The position numbers and the translations under genes were made by a program. The notes under the pieces were generated by a model. It searched no databases, had not been told where the DNA came from, and saw only the letters and a list, made by a program, of their open reading frames with translations. Positions 26,537 to 36,774 of a DNA stretch of 64,000 bases are shown here, piece by piece. Positions within the stretch are counted from its first letter, which is position 1, and every line of letters starts with the position of its first letter. Location of the stretch: assembly GCA_046350755.1 (NCBI GenBank), contig JAXLZV010000001.1, positions 11,510 through 75,509 on the forward strand, in the 5' to 3' direction. The stretch is from Candidatus Saccharimonadota bacterium (lineage in GTDB: Bacteria > Patescibacteriota > Saccharimonadia > CAILAD01 > GCA-016700035).

Positions 26537-27924
26537 TGGCAGATCGCAAATCAATGTCGAAGCCGGTGCCAACTGAGGCCGAGTTAGCAAAATTTGTGCC
26601 ACCCCACAGTCAGCAGGCTGAACGATCACTACTCGGTGCAATCCTGCTCGATGCTGATTCGTTGATTCGGGTGGCTGATATCGTAGCGGCGGATGACTTT
26701 TACGAACAGCGTCACAATACTATTTTTGAGACTATTCTCAAGCTGTATGAGCAGCGCAAGCCGATTGATCTCGTAACCCTTTCAGAGAGCCTGAAGGATG
26801 CCAAGCATCTTGAACAGATCGGCGGCATGACGTACTTGACTGAGCTTGCCAATAGTGTCGCCAGCTCAGCGCATGTAGCTGAATACGCCAAGATTGTAGC
26901 CGGCAAGGCCACCTTGCGCCGCTTAGATGTCGCTGGACATACTATCTCAGGCTTAGCCCATGATGAGACCCGGGAGCTTGAAGGCTTACTGGATGAAGCC
27001 GAACAGTCGCTATTTGCGGTTAGTCAAAAACACCTGAAGCAGAATTTTATATCGATACAAGACGTGTTGGCGGATAGTTTTGATCGACTCGATGCGCTCC
27101 ACAAAGATAATCAACAGCTTAGGGGTGTACCGACCGGCTTTAAGGATCTTGATAAGCTGCTGGCTGGCTTGCAGCGTTCGGATTTAATCATCTTAGCGGC
27201 GCGCCCGAGTATGGGTAAGACGAGCTTTGTCATGAATATTGCTTCACACGTCGCGATTAAGGAAGGTATACCGGTTGGTATTTTCTCGCTCGAGATGAGT
27301 AAGGAGCAGTTGATTGATCGATTGTTGGCCTCTGAATCCGGTATAGACTCATGGAAATTACGCACCGGCAACCTCGAGGATAAAGACTTCGAAAAGCTTA
27401 ACCGAGCGATGGGAGTAATGGCTGAGGCACCGATCTTCATCGATGACTCGGCGATGGCTAATGCTTTAGAAATGCGGACGAAAGCCCGTCGCCTTCAGGC
27501 CGAGCACGGCTTGGGCTTGATCATAATCGATTATCTGCAGCTCATGAATGGGCGCGCCAGCAGTGATGGCAATCGCGTCAATGAAATATCAGAGATCTCA
27601 CGTTCATTAAAGGCCTTGGCCCGCGAGCTCGATGTGCCGGTGATCGCCCTGTCACAGTTGTCACGGGCTGTTGAATCCCGCCATCCCCAGATCCCACAGC
27701 TGTCTGACTTACGTGAATCGGGATCCATCGAGCAAGATGCTGATGTGGTGATGTTTATCTATCGCGAAGACTACTACAATAAGGAGACTGAACGTCGCAA
27801 TATCTCCGACATCTTAATCCGTAAGCATCGTAATGGTCCGACGGGTGATGTCGAGCTCTTCTTTAGCCCCGAACTGATGTTATTCCGTTCGCTCGATCAA
27901 TCGCATAAGCGACCTGAAGCATAA
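26536..27924 (+). CDS. dnaB: replicative DNA helicase
   Basis: The ATG overlaps the dnaX stop by 1 nt. DnaB N-terminal domain, Walker A ARPSMGKTSF, and the RecA-like fold IIIDYLQLM. Confidence 0.9.
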   Translation: MADRKSMSKPVPTEAELAKFVPPHSQQAERSLLGAILLDADSLIRVADIVAADDFYEQRHNTIFETILKLYEQRKPIDLVTLSESLKDAKHLEQIGGMTYLTELANSVASSAHVAEYAKIVAGKATLRRLDVAGHTISGLAHDETRELEGLLDEAEQSLFAVSQKHLKQNFISIQDVLADSFDRLDALHKDNQQLRGVPTGFKDLDKLLAGLQRSDLIILAARPSMGKTSFVMNIASHVAIKEGIPVGIFSLEMSKEQLIDRLLASESGIDSWKLRTGNLEDKDFEKLNRAMGVMAEAPIFIDDSAMANALEMRTKARRLQAEHGLGLIIIDYLQLMNGRASSDGNRVNEISEISRSLKALARELDVPVIALSQLSRAVESRHPQIPQLSDLRESGSIEQDADVVMFIYREDYYNKETERRNISDILIRKHRNGPTGDVELFFSPELMLFRSLDQSHKRPEA

Positions 27925-27981
27925 GAATATTGCCGACTCTGAGTTGCTCCAGTATACTGATTATTGAAATAAGGAAACCTC

Positions 27982-28476
27982 GTGAATAAAACGCAAAAAA
28001 AGCCGTCCACTGTTGGGAAAGAAGCCGCCCAGGTAGGACGTTTTGGTATAGTCGGTATCGCCAATACCGCGATTGACTTCATTGTTCTCAATATTATTTC
28101 CCGAGCTACCGGTTGGTCAGATGTCGTGGCCAATGTCCCCGCCGTGATGGTGGCGATGACCTTCAGTTTTTTTGCCAATCGTTATTTTGTCTTTCACAGT
28201 GGGCAGACCAAGAGTATCGGCCGTCAAGCACTCGAGTTCTTCCCGATAACTGCCTTTGGCCTCATTGTAATTCAAGGAGTGGTAATTTGGTTTTTTGAGT
28301 CGGTTTGGCTAGGACCTGTTAATTTTGGCGTGGCGGTCGCCCAAGCCATTGGCGTGCTCAACTTTGTCGATAAACAATTCGTGATCACCAATGGCGTCAA
28401 AGCTGTCGCCACCCTGGCGAGTCTGATCTGGAACTATCTCATGTATAAGAAAGTAGTATTCAAGGACCAGACGTAA
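27982..28476 (+). CDS. GtrA-family small membrane protein (polyprenyl-phosphate sugar handling)
   Basis: A 4-TM protein of about 160 aa, with GIVGIANTAIDFIVLN and FANRYFVFH typical of the GtrA family. Confidence 0.7.
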   Translation: MNKTQKKPSTVGKEAAQVGRFGIVGIANTAIDFIVLNIISRATGWSDVVANVPAVMVAMTFSFFANRYFVFHSGQTKSIGRQALEFFPITAFGLIVIQGVVIWFFESVWLGPVNFGVAVAQAIGVLNFVDKQFVITNGVKAVATLASLIWNYLMYKKVVFKDQT

Positions 28477-30110
28477 TGCAAAAGGCTACCCATCGTTCCG
28501 CCAAGTTCCAGAAATTTACCAAAAAATACGGCGTTTGGATACTCTTAATCGGCATCGTATTGATTGGTGTGTTCTTCCGTTTTTATCAACTCGGCAGCTT
28601 GCCACCCGGTCTTCACCCCGATGAGGCGGCTAACGGTCAGGATGTGTTTCGGATGTTTTCGGGCGATGTGCGTCCGCTGTATGCAACAAACGGTCCTCGC
28701 GAGTCACTCTTTTTCTTCGCCCAAGGCTTATTTGTCTACTTGCTAGGTAATACGGTTTTGGCCTTGCGGTTGGCGCCGGCGCTGTTTGGCACCCTGGCGA
28801 TCATCGCAGTTTACTTCTGGGGGAAGGATTGGTTTGGTCAGCGCGTTGGTCTCTTAGCTGCTTTCTTCATGGCAGTAAATCCCTGGGTTATTATTATCTC
28901 TCGCGATGGTTTTCGTGCCAGTATGACACCGCTCATGGTGGCCTTAGTAGCCTATTTTGGTGGGCGAGCGATCAAGACGAAAAAGACACATTACTTTGTT
29001 GGTCTAGGAGTATTCTTGGGTCTCGGGGCCTACACCTATACGGCTTACCAGCTGATGATTGCCGCCGTTGTCGGTCTTTTCCTGTATATCACTTTGTTCC
29101 GTCGCCAGTGGCTTAAAGGTCAAAATAAGAATCTCGCCGCGGCCGCAATTGCTTTCTCGATAGTTCTCACTCCACTTGCGGTATACACCGTAACGAATAA
29201 AGACGCCGCGGCCAGAGCTGGCGGCACCAGCTTCTTGAATAAAAGTCTCAATAAGGGCAAGCCACTGGCAACCCTCTGGGACTCAACGCAAAAGACGCTT
29301 TTGCAATACAACTTCCGCGGCGATGACAATGCTCGGCATAATGTGCCAAATGAGCCGCTCCTTAATACCTTTGTCGGCATCATGTTTATCCTGGGTGTCT
29401 TGGTAGCACTTTACTCGATTGGACATGCCCGCTATGCCGCTGTACTGTTTATCGCTCTTGCGATGATGCTGCCGGCAGCGCTCACTGCAGAAGGTTTGCC
29501 GCATGGCTTACGTTCGATCGGCTCGGCCCCAGCGGTGATGATTTTGGCAGCCATTGGCCTATCATATTTTATCGGTCGCTGGTACGCGATTTTTCCGATT
29601 AATAGTTTTGCCCGAAATATCGGCTTGAGTCTGGTAGTGCTACTTTTGCTTGCCACTCTCATGCAAGGCTATTTCGCCTACTTTAGGGCCTGGGCCGGTA
29701 GTCCCGGGACGTACGAAGCTTATGCGGAAGACATGGTACAATTAGCGGCTTATCGACAAGCGAATTACACTGGCTCAAATCAGCCGAAGACCTTCATGGT
29801 AGTTGACGGCTATTCGATTCGGACAGTTGACTTCCTGACTCGCCAGAAAGCCGATTATGCCAAGCAGAAGTCCGATGCTGATTACGGCTTAAAGTATGGC
29901 AGTGGCTGGGAGCGACTTGAGTGGGATCAGGTTAAGAGCCAACCTCTGACCGATCAGCCAACCGTCTTTCTCATACAAAATAACGAGCATGCTACGGCGG
30001 TACTGGATGTGTTGAAGGCAAAATTCCCACAAGGTCGACTGGTTACCCGTAATTCTCCAGCCTTTACTGACCGGACCCTGTTTTACGCTTTTGAGGTAAA
30101 CGTTCAGTGA
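28476..30110 (+). CDS. GT-C glycosyltransferase (ArnT/PMT, GT39/GT83-like)
   Basis: An N-terminal TM followed by the extracytoplasmic loop motif GLHPDEAANGQ (the DE motif of GT-C/PMT_2), then about 10 TM helices and a soluble C-terminal domain. Confidence 0.7.
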   Translation: MQKATHRSAKFQKFTKKYGVWILLIGIVLIGVFFRFYQLGSLPPGLHPDEAANGQDVFRMFSGDVRPLYATNGPRESLFFFAQGLFVYLLGNTVLALRLAPALFGTLAIIAVYFWGKDWFGQRVGLLAAFFMAVNPWVIIISRDGFRASMTPLMVALVAYFGGRAIKTKKTHYFVGLGVFLGLGAYTYTAYQLMIAAVVGLFLYITLFRRQWLKGQNKNLAAAAIAFSIVLTPLAVYTVTNKDAAARAGGTSFLNKSLNKGKPLATLWDSTQKTLLQYNFRGDDNARHNVPNEPLLNTFVGIMFILGVLVALYSIGHARYAAVLFIALAMMLPAALTAEGLPHGLRSIGSAPAVMILAAIGLSYFIGRWYAIFPINSFARNIGLSLVVLLLLATLMQGYFAYFRAWAGSPGTYEAYAEDMVQLAAYRQANYTGSNQPKTFMVVDGYSIRTVDFLTRQKADYAKQKSDADYGLKYGSGWERLEWDQVKSQPLTDQPTVFLIQNNEHATAVLDVLKAKFPQGRLVTRNSPAFTDRTLFYAFEVNVQ

Positions 30111-30883
30111 GCGCCGTCAAGGGGAGTAGGCCGAAGCTAGCCATCTTGATACCGACGCTCAATGAAGAGAAGCGAATCGGTAAAACCCTTGAGGCCTTAG
30201 CAGACTATCTCAAGGCTAAGCAATATAATGCTGAAGTCATCGTCGTTGATGCGAATAGCTCTGATAAGACAAAAGCCGTTGCTGACGCAGTCGGTAAGCG
30301 GTTCTCGCATTATCGTTTCCTCCAGACTGGTCCCAAAGTCGGTAAAGGCAAGCAAATTCGTGACGGTATGATGGCGGCTCAGGCAGATTACATTATGTTT
30401 ATGGATGCTGATCTAGCAACGCCTCTCAAGTACCTAGATGACGTCTATCAGATAATCGAACGCGGTGGCAAGGTTGGTATTTGTGTGCGTAATCTCAATG
30501 AAAGCCATAAAGGGATTCGTAAGTTTATCTCAACCTTTGGTAATTGGCTAGTGCAGACATTGATCGTGCCTGGCATTAAGGACACGCAGTGTGGTTTTAA
30601 GGTCTTCGAAGCTGATGCCGCACGCGAAATATTCGGTCGACAGCGGATCGTCGGCTGGGGCTTTGATATGGAGGTTTTAGCAGTCGCTCGTAAGCTCGGC
30701 TATTCTATCGAGCTGATTGAAGTGCCAGATTGGCGGGATGTCGTTGAGGGGAGCAAAATCTCTGGGAACGGTGCTCTGAAGGTGGCCTTGCAGACCTTCT
30801 CGGATCTTTTGAAGATTAAGTGGGGCTTGATTACCGGTAAGTATAAAAAAGTGAGCTTTCGTTATGTCCCGTATAAAAACTAA
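30107..30883 (+). CDS. GT2 polyprenyl-phosphate glycosyltransferase (DPM1/GtrB/ArnC-like)
   Basis: LAILIPTLNEEKRIGKTLEAL..EVIVVDANSSD and the DAD motif FMDADL. The start overlaps the upstream stop. Confidence 0.75.
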   Translation: MSAVKGSRPKLAILIPTLNEEKRIGKTLEALADYLKAKQYNAEVIVVDANSSDKTKAVADAVGKRFSHYRFLQTGPKVGKGKQIRDGMMAAQADYIMFMDADLATPLKYLDDVYQIIERGGKVGICVRNLNESHKGIRKFISTFGNWLVQTLIVPGIKDTQCGFKVFEADAAREIFGRQRIVGWGFDMEVLAVARKLGYSIELIEVPDWRDVVEGSKISGNGALKVALQTFSDLLKIKWGLITGKYKKVSFRYVPYKN

Positions 30884-32456
30884 GCAACCAAACCGATATG
30901 CTCATAAACTGACTGGTCTTTTGCCTAAGTGGGCCGAAGAGCGCTATATCGTACCGGCATTGCTGGCGTTGGCAGCCGTTACCCGCTTCGCAACCATCGC
31001 AAAGGCTAGTATCTGGCACGACGAAGGCTTTACGATGATGCTGATCGCTCGTAATCCGGCCGAGATTTGGGCGGGATCTGGGCGCGATGTGCATCCACCG
31101 TTGTTTTATGAGCTGCTGCATTTTTGGACCAACCTCTTCGGTCGATCGGAATTAGCGGCCCGCTCGATGAGTGCGGTGGCTGGACTTGTCACGATCTATG
31201 TCTGCTATCTGCTCGTGAAGCGATATTTTGCAAAAACTACCGGTTATTTGGTCTTACTCATTCTTGCCGTCGCACCGTTTCTTGTGCGCTACAGTCAAGA
31301 AGCGCGTATGTATGGTGTGCTTGGTCTGTTCTTAATTACTGGTACCTACGCCTTGCTGCGGGCACTTGAGCCAGGCGATCAGAAAAAATGGTGGGTCGTC
31401 TACGTTGTCATGATGGCGGCCGGATTATACACCCATTACTTTACGGCTCTAGCGATGATGGCGCAGTGGATATATTTACTCAGCCTGACGCCAATTCATG
31501 CTTGGCGACTCGGCAAAACTCCCTGGCTATCAGCCCGTTGGTGGCTTGCCAATATCACCATTGTGGTTCTATGGATTCCCTGGCTACCTAGCTTCTATGG
31601 CCAAATCTCGCGTGGTCAAGGCATTAGCTGGATTCCAAAAACCACGGCCTATACCTTGCCGAATAATCTGTGGCAGAATCTCACCTTCACAGATGGTCGG
31701 CAGCTACCACAGCTGCTGTATTGGATCGTCCCGGCGCTGATATTGTTGGGAGCCGTATGGGTGACTTGGATACTGCGTAAGTCTAAGCCGCAGATCAAGA
31801 TGTTGTTCTTCTATACTTTTGTACCGATCGTGCTGACGATCGTAGTCTCGACCATCAAGCCGGTCTATCAAGATCGCTATCTAGTCTTTGCCGCTAACGG
31901 AATCTATATGCTGCTGGGGATTGCCTTGCATCAGCTCATTGCTCGCCATCGGGCGACCGGCTTAGCGGCACTAGTTTTAGTCGTGGGGATTAGCTTGGTC
32001 GGGGTGATTAATGTCGGTCGGCAGGCCTCACATAGTATGGGCAAAGTTGGTGACCATGTGGTTGCCAACTATAAGCCGGGAGATGAAATGGTGTCGGCTG
32101 AGCTCTATACTTACTTCGACTTTAGCTATTATTGTACGGATGTGTGTATTGATAGTCGCAATCGTCAGGCTGAGAAGGGAATGATGACAGCAGTTTATCC
32201 GGCGCCATGGTCACAACTTCGCCTCAATACGACGGGTGGCCGTCCCAATGGCTACGGCGAGTCGGCTTTGCTCTATGATCGAGCCGATCAGATTTACGTT
32301 GATGATTGGGCGGTTATACGGCCCGCCTCGGGGCGCGTTTGGCTCATTGGTAAGCCGGGTGACAAACCCTACTGGAAGGCTACTCCCGCTAACTGGACGC
32401 AAGTCGATAGTTTTGTGACGAATTCATCCGAAGCTCGTCTCTATCAGGTGCAGTAG
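30864..32456 (+). CDS. second GT-C glycosyltransferase (ArnT/PMT-like)
   Basis: SIWHDEGFTMMLIARNP is the DE/HDE loop motif; multiple TM helices; overlaps the upstream gene. Confidence 0.65.
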   Translation: MSRIKTKQPNRYAHKLTGLLPKWAEERYIVPALLALAAVTRFATIAKASIWHDEGFTMMLIARNPAEIWAGSGRDVHPPLFYELLHFWTNLFGRSELAARSMSAVAGLVTIYVCYLLVKRYFAKTTGYLVLLILAVAPFLVRYSQEARMYGVLGLFLITGTYALLRALEPGDQKKWWVVYVVMMAAGLYTHYFTALAMMAQWIYLLSLTPIHAWRLGKTPWLSARWWLANITIVVLWIPWLPSFYGQISRGQGISWIPKTTAYTLPNNLWQNLTFTDGRQLPQLLYWIVPALILLGAVWVTWILRKSKPQIKMLFFYTFVPIVLTIVVSTIKPVYQDRYLVFAANGIYMLLGIALHQLIARHRATGLAALVLVVGISLVGVINVGRQASHSMGKVGDHVVANYKPGDEMVSAELYTYFDFSYYCTDVCIDSRNRQAEKGMMTAVYPAPWSQLRLNTTGGRPNGYGESALLYDRADQIYVDDWAVIRPASGRVWLIGKPGDKPYWKATPANWTQVDSFVTNSSEARLYQVQ

Positions 32457-32507
32457 ACTCCTGATTGCGGTACAATATGAGGGTTATGAGAAAGGGGTTT
32501 AACGCCG

Positions 32508-32795
32508 ATGTTAGATCAATTGAAAGCAGCCAATGAGCTGCGTAAGATCCAAAAAGAGCTCAAGAAAGTAGAAGTTGAGGCCGATGCTGGTAACGGCGCG
32601 GTGGTAATCGTCATGAATGGCGAGCAGAAGGTGACGAGCGTCAAGCTTGATCCGAGTAAGTATGATATCGATGACACTGGTCGACTAGAGAAACTGATTG
32701 AGTCAGCTGTCAATCAAGCCAACTCAACCTTACAACGCGAAGTTGCCGAGCGCATGAAGGGCAAACTCGGAGGACTCAACCTACCCGGCATGTAG
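32508..32795 (+). CDS. ybaB: nucleoid-associated protein YbaB/EbfC
   Basis: A 95-aa protein with MLDQLKAANELRKIQKELKKVEVEADAGNGAVVIVMNGEQKVTSVKLDP typical of YbaB; upstream of recR. Confidence 0.8.
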   Translation: MLDQLKAANELRKIQKELKKVEVEADAGNGAVVIVMNGEQKVTSVKLDPSKYDIDDTGRLEKLIESAVNQANSTLQREVAERMKGKLGGLNLPGM

Positions 32796-32817
32796 ATCTG
32801 TCTGGAGGGTGAGGCGT

Positions 32818-33420
32818 ATGACGCAGATTTTACCGAAGCAAATCACCCAGCTCGTGGATGAGTTTGCTAAATTGCCATCGATCGGCCCGAAGACGGCTGA
32901 ACGGTTGACGATGTATTTGGTGCGCTTTGGTGACCCAGATCGCTTAGGCGAAGCTCTCCAGCAGCTGCGGGCCGGGCTCGGCTTTTGCGCGCAGTGTCAT
33001 AGCTATGCGACCAGCGAACTCTGTGACATCTGCGCTGATTCCAGCCGCGGTGATGACATCATCGTAGTAGTGGCCCAACCGATGGACATTGTCGCGATGG
33101 AACGGATCGGTAATTACCAGGGTCGCTATCATGTTTTGCATGGTGTACTGTCGCCGATTGATGGAATTGGACCGAGCCAGCTGAGACTTGATTCCTTGAC
33201 GGCTCGCGTTCAGCTCGTCCAGCCAAAAGAGATCATCCTGGCCACCAATGCAACTGTCGAGGGCGAGACTACGGCGTTATATGTTGCCCGGCAGCTGACA
33301 CCGCTTGGCGTACGGGTTACTCGGCTGGCCCATGGTCTCCCAGTTGGGGCCGACCTCGAGTATGCTGATCAAGTCACGCTCGGTCGAGCCTACACCGGTC
33401 GGACGGAGATCTTGGTGTGA
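32818..33420 (+). CDS. recR: recombination protein RecR
   Basis: The start is reset to the ATG after the GGAGGG RBS. HhH motif PSIGPKTAERL, C4 zinc finger CAQCHSY..CDICAD, and a Toprim domain. Confidence 0.85.
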   Translation: MTQILPKQITQLVDEFAKLPSIGPKTAERLTMYLVRFGDPDRLGEALQQLRAGLGFCAQCHSYATSELCDICADSSRGDDIIVVVAQPMDIVAMERIGNYQGRYHVLHGVLSPIDGIGPSQLRLDSLTARVQLVQPKEIILATNATVEGETTALYVARQLTPLGVRVTRLAHGLPVGADLEYADQVTLGRAYTGRTEILV

Positions 33421-34004
33421 GTCAGTTCGCTGGCTTTGCGAAGTCGGTTTTGCTCATCGATTTTGAATCAACTGGTTTTGTAAAAAATTCAACTGGCGAT
33501 ATTATCGACTCCGGCGAGCCAACTCAGCTCGGCGCGGTGCTCCTAGACGCACGATCACTGCAGGAGGTTAGTCACTTCAGCTCTGACATCCAAGCCGATC
33601 CCGCCAAGCTCGATGCTTGGGTGCAGGCACACACCGACATTACCCCTGAGAGAGTCATCCGGGCTCCGAGCCGGGCTGAAGTTGCCAAACGACTCGTTGA
33701 GCAGTTTGCACCCGAGAGTGTGTTTCTCGCCTCGTGGAATATTCATTATGATCGCGGCTGGCTAGACGTGCTCTTACGGAGTATTGATCGGCGTGAATCG
33801 TTATTTGACTACCACCATATAGACGTCTGGTCATTGGCTTATCATTATCTCTGTTCGCATGGTCGATCAGATGTGATACGCTCAGAGGAGACATTTGCAT
33901 TATTTGGGCAGTCGGCCCGCGCTGCCCACAACGCGCTCGATGACTGTCGCCGAACGGCTGAAGTTTTGCGAGCGATAGTATTCGATAAAGGAATCAAACC
34001 ATGA
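33417..34004 (+). CDS. DEDDh 3'-5' exonuclease (DnaQ-like)
   Basis: Exo I LLIDFESTG, Exo II WNIHYD, Exo III HNALDDCRRTAEV. Confidence 0.65.
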   Translation: MSQFAGFAKSVLLIDFESTGFVKNSTGDIIDSGEPTQLGAVLLDARSLQEVSHFSSDIQADPAKLDAWVQAHTDITPERVIRAPSRAEVAKRLVEQFAPESVFLASWNIHYDRGWLDVLLRSIDRRESLFDYHHIDVWSLAYHYLCSHGRSDVIRSEETFALFGQSARAAHNALDDCRRTAEVLRAIVFDKGIKP

Positions 34005-35374
34005 AGCTCTCACTGTATAATTCGCTGACAAAAAAGAAACAAGCTTTTGAGCCGCTTAAGAGTGGTGAAGTGTCGATGTATTCGTGCGGGCCGACGGTGT
34101 ATGATCACGTTCACATTGGTAATCTACGAGCATTTATCACCGCCGATCTTCTCCAGCGGGTACTGCGCACGGTTGGTGAATATGACGTCCGCTGGGTCAT
34201 GAATATTACCGATATTGATGACAAGATGATAGCTCGCGCCGCCGAAGAATATCCCGGTGAAGATCCGGCGACCGCGGTCAAAAAACTGGCTGATACCTAC
34301 GAAGCGAAGTTCCTCAAAGACCTATCTGCCGTCGGCATCCAGACGAGTGACTTAGCCGAACGACCTCACGCCACTGATTACATTCAGCAAATGCAAGTCA
34401 TTATCCGTGATCTACTCAAGAAGAAAATTGCCTATATATCAGATGGCAGTGTGTATTTTTCGCTTGCCGAGTATGAAAAATCTGGTCACGACTACGGTCG
34501 CTTGGTGCAGGTCGATTATGATCCGCAAACTCGCATTGATGATCAGGAGCAGAAGCAAGGCGCTGGTGACTTCGCACTGTGGAAAGCCTATAAACCTGGC
34601 GAACCAGCTTGGGATTTTGACGTCGAGGGGGAGAATCTACGTGGTCGCCCGGGCTGGCACATTGAGTGCTCGGCCATGAGTACCGACATCTTAGGTCGGG
34701 AGTTTGACATCCACACCGGCGGCATCGATCTGAAGTTTCCACACCATGAGAACGAGATCGCTCAGTGCGAGGGTAGTCTGGCCCGTTATTGGGTTCATAA
34801 TGAATTTTTGACCGTCGACGAGGCCAAGATGGCCAAAAGCGCCGGGAACTTCACGACTCTTGACGATATTGACTCGCCACTAGCGTTTCGTATGCTTGTT
34901 CTCTCTGCCCAGTATCGGAGCCAGATGGATGCGTCGGCCGATGGCTTACTCGGGGCCGAGAATCGTCTGAAAAGTTTGCGTGAATGGACTAGTCGAGTCA
35001 TAAATAACGAATCAATCGTCAATGATGATCATATCGCCGATCTTGAGCTGCGCTTTGATGCCGCCGTGGCCGATGACCTCAATACGCCGCAGGCCTTAGC
35101 GGTGCTATCAGAAGCAGAACGAGCGAATGTCTATTCGCCAGAAATGCGACGTTTTATTGAGCATGTTGATGCAGCTTTGGGGCTACAGCTTCTGCACCAT
35201 CAAAAGGACTTGCGAGCCGATTCGGCCATCGCCGAGTTGCTTGTCGAGCGTGAGCGGGCTCGGGCTGAGCAAGCATTTGAGCGCAGTGATCAGCTACGTG
35301 CAGAGCTGACGACCATTGGCGTTGGTATCGAAGATACGCCCGATGGGCAAGTTATCTGGCAGCTTGCAGACTAA
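34001..35374 (+). CDS. cysS: cysteinyl-tRNA synthetase
   Basis: [16 protein letters not shown] is the HIGH motif, KMAKSAGN is KMSKS, and the zinc ligands are conserved. Confidence 0.9.
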   Translation: MKLSLYNSLTKKKQAFEPLKSGEVSMYSCGPTVYDHVHIGNLRAFITADLLQRVLRTVGEYDVRWVMNITDIDDKMIARAAEEYPGEDPATAVKKLADTYEAKFLKDLSAVGIQTSDLAERPHATDYIQQMQVIIRDLLKKKIAYISDGSVYFSLAEYEKSGHDYGRLVQVDYDPQTRIDDQEQKQGAGDFALWKAYKPGEPAWDFDVEGENLRGRPGWHIECSAMSTDILGREFDIHTGGIDLKFPHHENEIAQCEGSLARYWVHNEFLTVDEAKMAKSAGNFTTLDDIDSPLAFRMLVLSAQYRSQMDASADGLLGAENRLKSLREWTSRVINNESIVNDDHIADLELRFDAAVADDLNTPQALAVLSEAERANVYSPEMRRFIEHVDAALGLQLLHHQKDLRADSAIAELLVERERARAEQAFERSDQLRAELTTIGVGIEDTPDGQVIWQLAD

Positions 35375-35417
35375 TTACTAAATAAATAGTCCCCCGATGA
35401 ATCGGAGGACGGTAGAG

Positions 35418-35567
35418 TTACTTCCAAAAAGGACCACAACGCTCGCAGGTCTTACCGGTCCCACGACAGCTGGAGCAGCTGGATGAGCGGCGATTGTGTG
35501 GCTTGTCATTGCAGCCGTAGGGGCAATCCTTGACTTCTTCGATATTGCATCGACGACAGGTAGCCAT
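35418..35567 (-). CDS. small (49 aa) Cys-rich zinc-ribbon-like protein, not in the ORF track
   Basis: MATCRRCNIEEVKDCPYGCNDKPHNRRSSSCSSCRGTGKTCERCGPFWK carries eight Cys arranged as CxxC, CxxxC, CxxC and CxxC, including a DnaJ-type CxxCxGxG. It is in a different frame from the 88-aa low-complexity track ORF. Confidence 0.3.
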   Translation of the reverse strand: MATCRRCNIEEVKDCPYGCNDKPHNRRSSSCSSCRGTGKTCERCGPFWK

Positions 35568-35847
35568 GACGGGCTCGCTTTCACTCGAGTCGGGCGGGGC
35601 TTTAGCTCATGATTGAACCAACAATCCAGAGGACCATAAGGCACACTAGGGAAGCGCCGATGATCCGGATGATGCCGACACGGCCGAGGGTGAAAAACAG
35701 AAAGAATATGGCGAGTAAACCGCAGGTTATCACCTGGATCACCTCCTCGCTGAGATCGTAGGTACGTTGGTGGCTAGATTATGTCATAGTAGTCAGCATA
35801 AGAAAAGGGTGGAGCAGAATGACTGCTCCACCCCGTGTGGGCGGGCA

Positions 35848-36039
35848 TTAGCCGCGTGGCCTTTTCGGCACCCGAAGGAGAATGGGTACGAAGACAGCGA
35901 CGAGCACCCCGATCATGATCGCTGGGATGATATCCCAGTCATTGTAATCGGCCACAAGAGCAGCGCCGATCACGATGATCAACATCGGTACGGCCAAGCT
36001 CAGATAGCGAGCTCGGGGATGAGTGGTTCTGGTGGTCAT
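35848..36039 (-). CDS. small two-TM membrane protein (GC-rich region)
   Basis: The internal start MTTRTTHPRARYLSLAVPMLIIVIGAALVADYNDWDIIPAIMIGVLVAVFVPILL is used. GC is well above the window average. Confidence 0.3.
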   Translation of the reverse strand: MTTRTTHPRARYLSLAVPMLIIVIGAALVADYNDWDIIPAIMIGVLVAVFVPILLRVPKRPRG

Positions 36040-36050
36040 GGCGTTGCTCC

Positions 36051-36539
36051 TCACTTGACGACCGGATCGAAGTGCAGACGGCAACCGACGCCAAACGGCA
36101 GAAACATGTTGCAGCGCTCCTGGATCCTCAGCCGAGGCTTTGTGCTGCTCAAGTGCTTGACGGCATCCTTGAACGCCCCCCAGTACACCGTGACGATCAG
36201 CAGGCAGGTGCCGCCGACGATCACCGAAGCCTCAGGGCCAGCTGGGGCCGAGAGAGCCGCGCAGAGTACGCCTGACGCACCGACCACCGCTGCCTGGCTG
36301 GCATTCTCGTAGCGGTTCACGAAGCGCTTGACATCGTTACTGCGAGACACCGTCAGTGTCCAAGTCCAGCGCACATAGTCGCCAGGGAGCAGACGGCTTT
36401 GAGCCAAGCTGCCGGCCGTTTGGTAGGTGCTGAGCTTGGGTGATGCGGCGACAGGGTCGCCGATCAGTCCAATTGAGATGCCGACGGTGAAAACCAGCAA
36501 GCTGATCCACCGGGCAAGTTGATATTTCGTCTTGGTCAT
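36051..36539 (-). CDS. secreted hypothetical protein (GC-rich region)
   Basis: The internal start MTKTKYQLARWISLLVFTVGISIGLIGDPVAASP is a signal-peptide-like N-terminus. No motif recognised. Confidence 0.4.
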   Translation of the reverse strand: MTKTKYQLARWISLLVFTVGISIGLIGDPVAASPKLSTYQTAGSLAQSRLLPGDYVRWTWTLTVSRSNDVKRFVNRYENASQAAVVGASGVLCAALSAPAGPEASVIVGGTCLLIVTVYWGAFKDAVKHLSSTKPRLRIQERCNMFLPFGVGCRLHFDPVVK

Positions 36540-36774
36540 CAGAGCCCCCATGTGTACTCTATGCGCGGCGGAATTTCCGCCGTTGACCAAGGTCTGCCCA
36601 TCTGTAGGCAAACCAGGATAGCGTAGTCCTATTGATGATGCGCGTCAAGCATAAGCAAGATTTACAGATCCACCTATCTGGCTACCAGATTGTGTTTTAG
36701 GGGCTGTTTACGGTAAAATATGGTCGCTGTGTACAGCTAATGCATACAGTCAAAATCAAACGCTGAATTGATTT

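Noticed and set aside
35378-35644. 88-aa minus-strand track ORF
   Set aside because: Its translation is low-complexity and Pro/Ala-rich. The overlapping 49-aa Cys-rich frame is a more plausible gene, although that too is only moderately supported.
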